Shown: positions 58,387-64,000 of the stretch, piece after piece | Numbering within the stretch: the stretch's first letter is position 1 | Layout of the letters: every line of letters starts with the position of its first letter | Origin: Planctomycetota bacterium | GTDB taxonomy: Bacteria > Planctomycetota > UBA1135 > UBA2386 | Length of the DNA stretch: 64,000 bases | Reading direction: 5' to 3' | Assembly: GCA_046290465.1 (NCBI GenBank) | Contig: JBKAGP010000001.1 | Span: 5,056,001 to 5,120,000, forward strand | The notes under the pieces: generated by a model | What the model saw: only the letters and a program-made list of their open reading frames with translations | Told to the model about the DNA's origin: nothing | Database searches by the model: none | Made by a program: the position numbers and the translations under genes

Positions 58387-59655
58387 CTAGATGAGGCCGT
58401 GGATGCGGGCGTCCAGGGCGTTCTGGTCCTGGGTGAAGCTGGCGAGGGCGGCGGCGGTCAGCACGCCGTCCCAGCTGCAGGTGCCGGCGCGCACGCGGTC
58501 GATCCAGGTCTTGTAGACCGGGATCTTGCCTTCGCCGGCGACCTTGGCGGCCTCCTCGGTCGAGAACTGCGGGAACAGGTCGCGGGCGCCGCTGTCGGCG
58601 AGCGTGGCCAGCACGTCCTCGGCCGTCGCGCGGCTGGCGTCGAGGCCGGCGGCGTTGGCGGCGGCGGTCTCGAACTGGTTGTCGATGTCCCAGAAGCAGT
58701 TGAGGCGGTCGGCGTCGACGTCGACGCCGCCGGCGAACTGCACCTCCGGATCGTTGCCGGTCTTGTCGGCGATCGACGCCGCGTCCGGGTTGAGGTCGAG
58801 GAAGCCCTTGGCCGCGCCGGTCGGCATCGTGAACACGTCGAGGCCGAGCAGGTCGTGCACCTGGTCGCCGTTGCGCATCGACGCGCCGATCTGGCGAACG
58901 TCGGCGCCACCCTGGTTCTTCAGGCGGCGCAGGCCGCGCTGGCTCGCGAGCGTCGCCTTCTCGCCGGCGTTCTTGCCGTCGCCGAGCTCGTTGTCGCTCA
59001 AGAACGCGTTGATGCGACCCATGAACACGTTGACCCAGGTCGGCCGGGCCAGCGACGCGATCAGCCAGTTCTGGCGCGCCGAGAAGCCGAGCGTGAAGTT
59101 GAGCCGGATGCCGTCGTCCGACAGGCGTCGCGCGGCCAGCAGGCCGGCCGGCGTCAGCGGCACCTTGACGATGAAGCGGTCCGGGCAGATCGCGTGGAAG
59201 CGCTTGCCGTACTGGTAGCTGGCCTCGGCGTCGTGGCTGATCGCGGTGTGCAGTTCGACCGACACGTCGGCGTCGAACGTCTTGACCAGCTTCAGGCCGT
59301 GCACGGCGTTGAGCACGAACGCGATCTCCTGCACGACGTCGTCGCCGTCGACGCCCTTGTCGCGCAGCAGCTTCGCCGTGCCCGGCACCAGCTCGTCGTA
59401 GATGCCCTTCTGGACCTCCTTGTTGAGCAGCGTGTTGTTGGTCGTCAGCGCGACGAACTCCTGCACCCACAGCTCCTTGGCGGCGTCGACGTCGCCGGTG
59501 TCCAGCCACAGCGACGTGCCGGTCCCGGCGACCGCGGCCCACAGCTCCGAGTTGGGGAAGCTCGAGCGGCTCTGCTGGGCGTCGGGGACCTGCTGCAGGC
59601 AGAAGCCGGCAACGTCTTGGGCGAGGCTGGAATCGTGGTTCGGGGCGTTCGACAT
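58387..59655 (-). CDS. tal: Transaldolase family protein
   Basis: LWLDTGD, LTTNNTL, VSVEL, FIVKVP (Schiff-base Lys), LNFTLGFS, FMGR, GASMR. Confidence 0.85.
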   Translation of the reverse strand: MSNAPNHDSSLAQDVAGFCLQQVPDAQQSRSSFPNSELWAAVAGTGTSLWLDTGDVDAAKELWVQEFVALTTNNTLLNKEVQKGIYDELVPGTAKLLRDKGVDGDDVVQEIAFVLNAVHGLKLVKTFDADVSVELHTAISHDAEASYQYGKRFHAICPDRFIVKVPLTPAGLLAARRLSDDGIRLNFTLGFSARQNWLIASLARPTWVNVFMGRINAFLSDNELGDGKNAGEKATLASQRGLRRLKNQGGADVRQIGASMRNGDQVHDLLGLDVFTMPTGAAKGFLDLNPDAASIADKTGNDPEVQFAGGVDVDADRLNCFWDIDNQFETAAANAAGLDASRATAEDVLATLADSGARDLFPQFSTEEAAKVAGEGKIPVYKTWIDRVRAGTCSWDGVLTAAALASFTQDQNALDARIHGLI

Positions 59656-59730
59656 CGTGATCGTTCGGGCGGCGGGATCGCCGCGACCGATCCTACGGGT
59701 TCGCCTGCCGATTCCGAGGCCGAACGGCCG

Positions 59731-60921
59731 CTACTGCTTCGGCAGCAGCCCGCGCCGCTCGAGCGCCGCGCGCATGCGCTGCAGCAACAGGTCGTGGCCC
59801 TTGGCGTTGCAGTGGGAGTCGAGCATCGAGTTGGTGATGCCCTGCGCCAGGTCCTGTTCGGACAGGTAGAACGGCTCGTAGGCGATGCCGTGTCGGTCGC
59901 AGAACGCGCGCAGCGACTCGACGCGCGGCAGCGTGTGGTCGAACAGCACCAGCGGCACGTCGGCCTCGCGGCACATGCGCTGCACGTCGAGCAGCGCGGC
60001 CTGGCTGCGGGCCCAGCCGCGCGGCCCCGACGCGAACGTCTCGGGCGTGTAGCTCGCCCCGTCGGGCAGCGTGCGCTGCACGCGGGCCTCGAGGTCGGTG
60101 TAGCGGTGGATCAGCGCCCCGGTCGCCGGCAGCACCGGCTGCAGCCACTCGGCCAGCCCCGAGCAGAAGTCGTTCGGGATCGTGACCTGCTCGTCGGGGT
60201 AGGGGTGTTCGCCGGTCAGCAGCTGGAAGATCGTGTCGCGCGTCGGCTCGGCCAGGTCGTTGGTGACGTAGGTCAGCACGACCAGGTCCGGCTCGAGGCC
60301 GAGCCCGATCTGCCGCAGCATCGCGGCCTCCTGGTTGGTGTCGTACTTCGGCAGCCCGGTGTTGACGACCTCGAGCCGCGTCTTCGGTCGGCGCGCGTTC
60401 CAGGTCGTCTCGAGGCGCCGCGCGAACGTGACCTCGTCGTCGACCCCCCAGCCGAACGTCACCGAGTCGCCGAGCATCACGATCCGGAAGGTGTGCTCCG
60501 GCTTCGGCGTGACGACCTGCGGCCCGCGCAGGCCGAGCGCATTGGTCTTCAGGTGGAAGCTGCCGATCGACACGTCGAGGTTCGGCTTGTGCACGAACAG
60601 CATGCCGTCCATGCGCGGGTCCTCGCGCATCGCGGCGATCGCCAGCTGGCGCTGCTCCGCCGGCAGCGTGGCCGGCACCGGCGGCGGCATGTCGTAGGCG
60701 ATCGCCGTCGTGAAGTAGTGCAGCGTCTCACGCTCGTAGTAGCGGCCGATCGGGTCGGTGATGCGCAGCGTCACCTCGAGCAGCGTGACCGCGAGCGCGA
60801 GGCCGAACGCCATCGCGAACAGCGCCATCAGGCGGCGGCGACGCCGACGACGCCTGGCCGCGTCCGCTGTGGGGGCCGGCGGGGAGCCCGGCGAAGATCC
60901 CGGCGGCGCGACGTCACCCAT
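59731..60921 (-). CDS. Membrane-anchored SGNH/GDSL hydrolase
   Basis: TNALGLRG, LGDSVTFGWGV, VTND, DSHCNAKGH. Confidence 0.88.
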   Translation of the reverse strand: MGDVAPPGSSPGSPPAPTADAARRRRRRRRLMALFAMAFGLALAVTLLEVTLRITDPIGRYYERETLHYFTTAIAYDMPPPVPATLPAEQRQLAIAAMREDPRMDGMLFVHKPNLDVSIGSFHLKTNALGLRGPQVVTPKPEHTFRIVMLGDSVTFGWGVDDEVTFARRLETTWNARRPKTRLEVVNTGLPKYDTNQEAAMLRQIGLGLEPDLVVLTYVTNDLAEPTRDTIFQLLTGEHPYPDEQVTIPNDFCSGLAEWLQPVLPATGALIHRYTDLEARVQRTLPDGASYTPETFASGPRGWARSQAALLDVQRMCREADVPLVLFDHTLPRVESLRAFCDRHGIAYEPFYLSEQDLAQGITNSMLDSHCNAKGHDLLLQRMRAALERRGLLPKQ

Positions 60922-60925
60922 TGGA

Positions 60926-64000
<3,075 letters not shown>

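Overview
High-GC bacterial window, most likely Planctomycetota (PSD1/DUF1553 + DUF1501 pair, MoxR-DUF58-vWA 'Bat' operon, many secreted proteins). Left end (1-4460): a tRNA-Arg(CCT)-associated accessory island with a superfamily-2 helicase plus a small PARP-zinc-finger-like gene, a RES-domain gene, gene remnants and a decayed tyrosine integrase. Middle: housekeeping and envelope genes (sppA, udk, HIT, ribBA, ECF sigma/anti-sigma, PilM-like, aat), REP-like repeats, and an AT-richer insert that truncates a CHRD-domain gene. Right: the Bat operon, a ~2100-aa secreted protein, transaldolase, an SGNH hydrolase and partial carB. The main result is two genes that the ORF track breaks at in-frame TGA codons, each followed by a hairpin with the same GGUC loop, which points to selenocysteine recoding. 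One is a TlpA-like redoxin with U-G-P-C (57118-58326). The other is the last gene of the Bat operon (49724-50437), with an unusual double-Sec U-A-G-U motif. All family calls are from motif recognition only; no searches were run.
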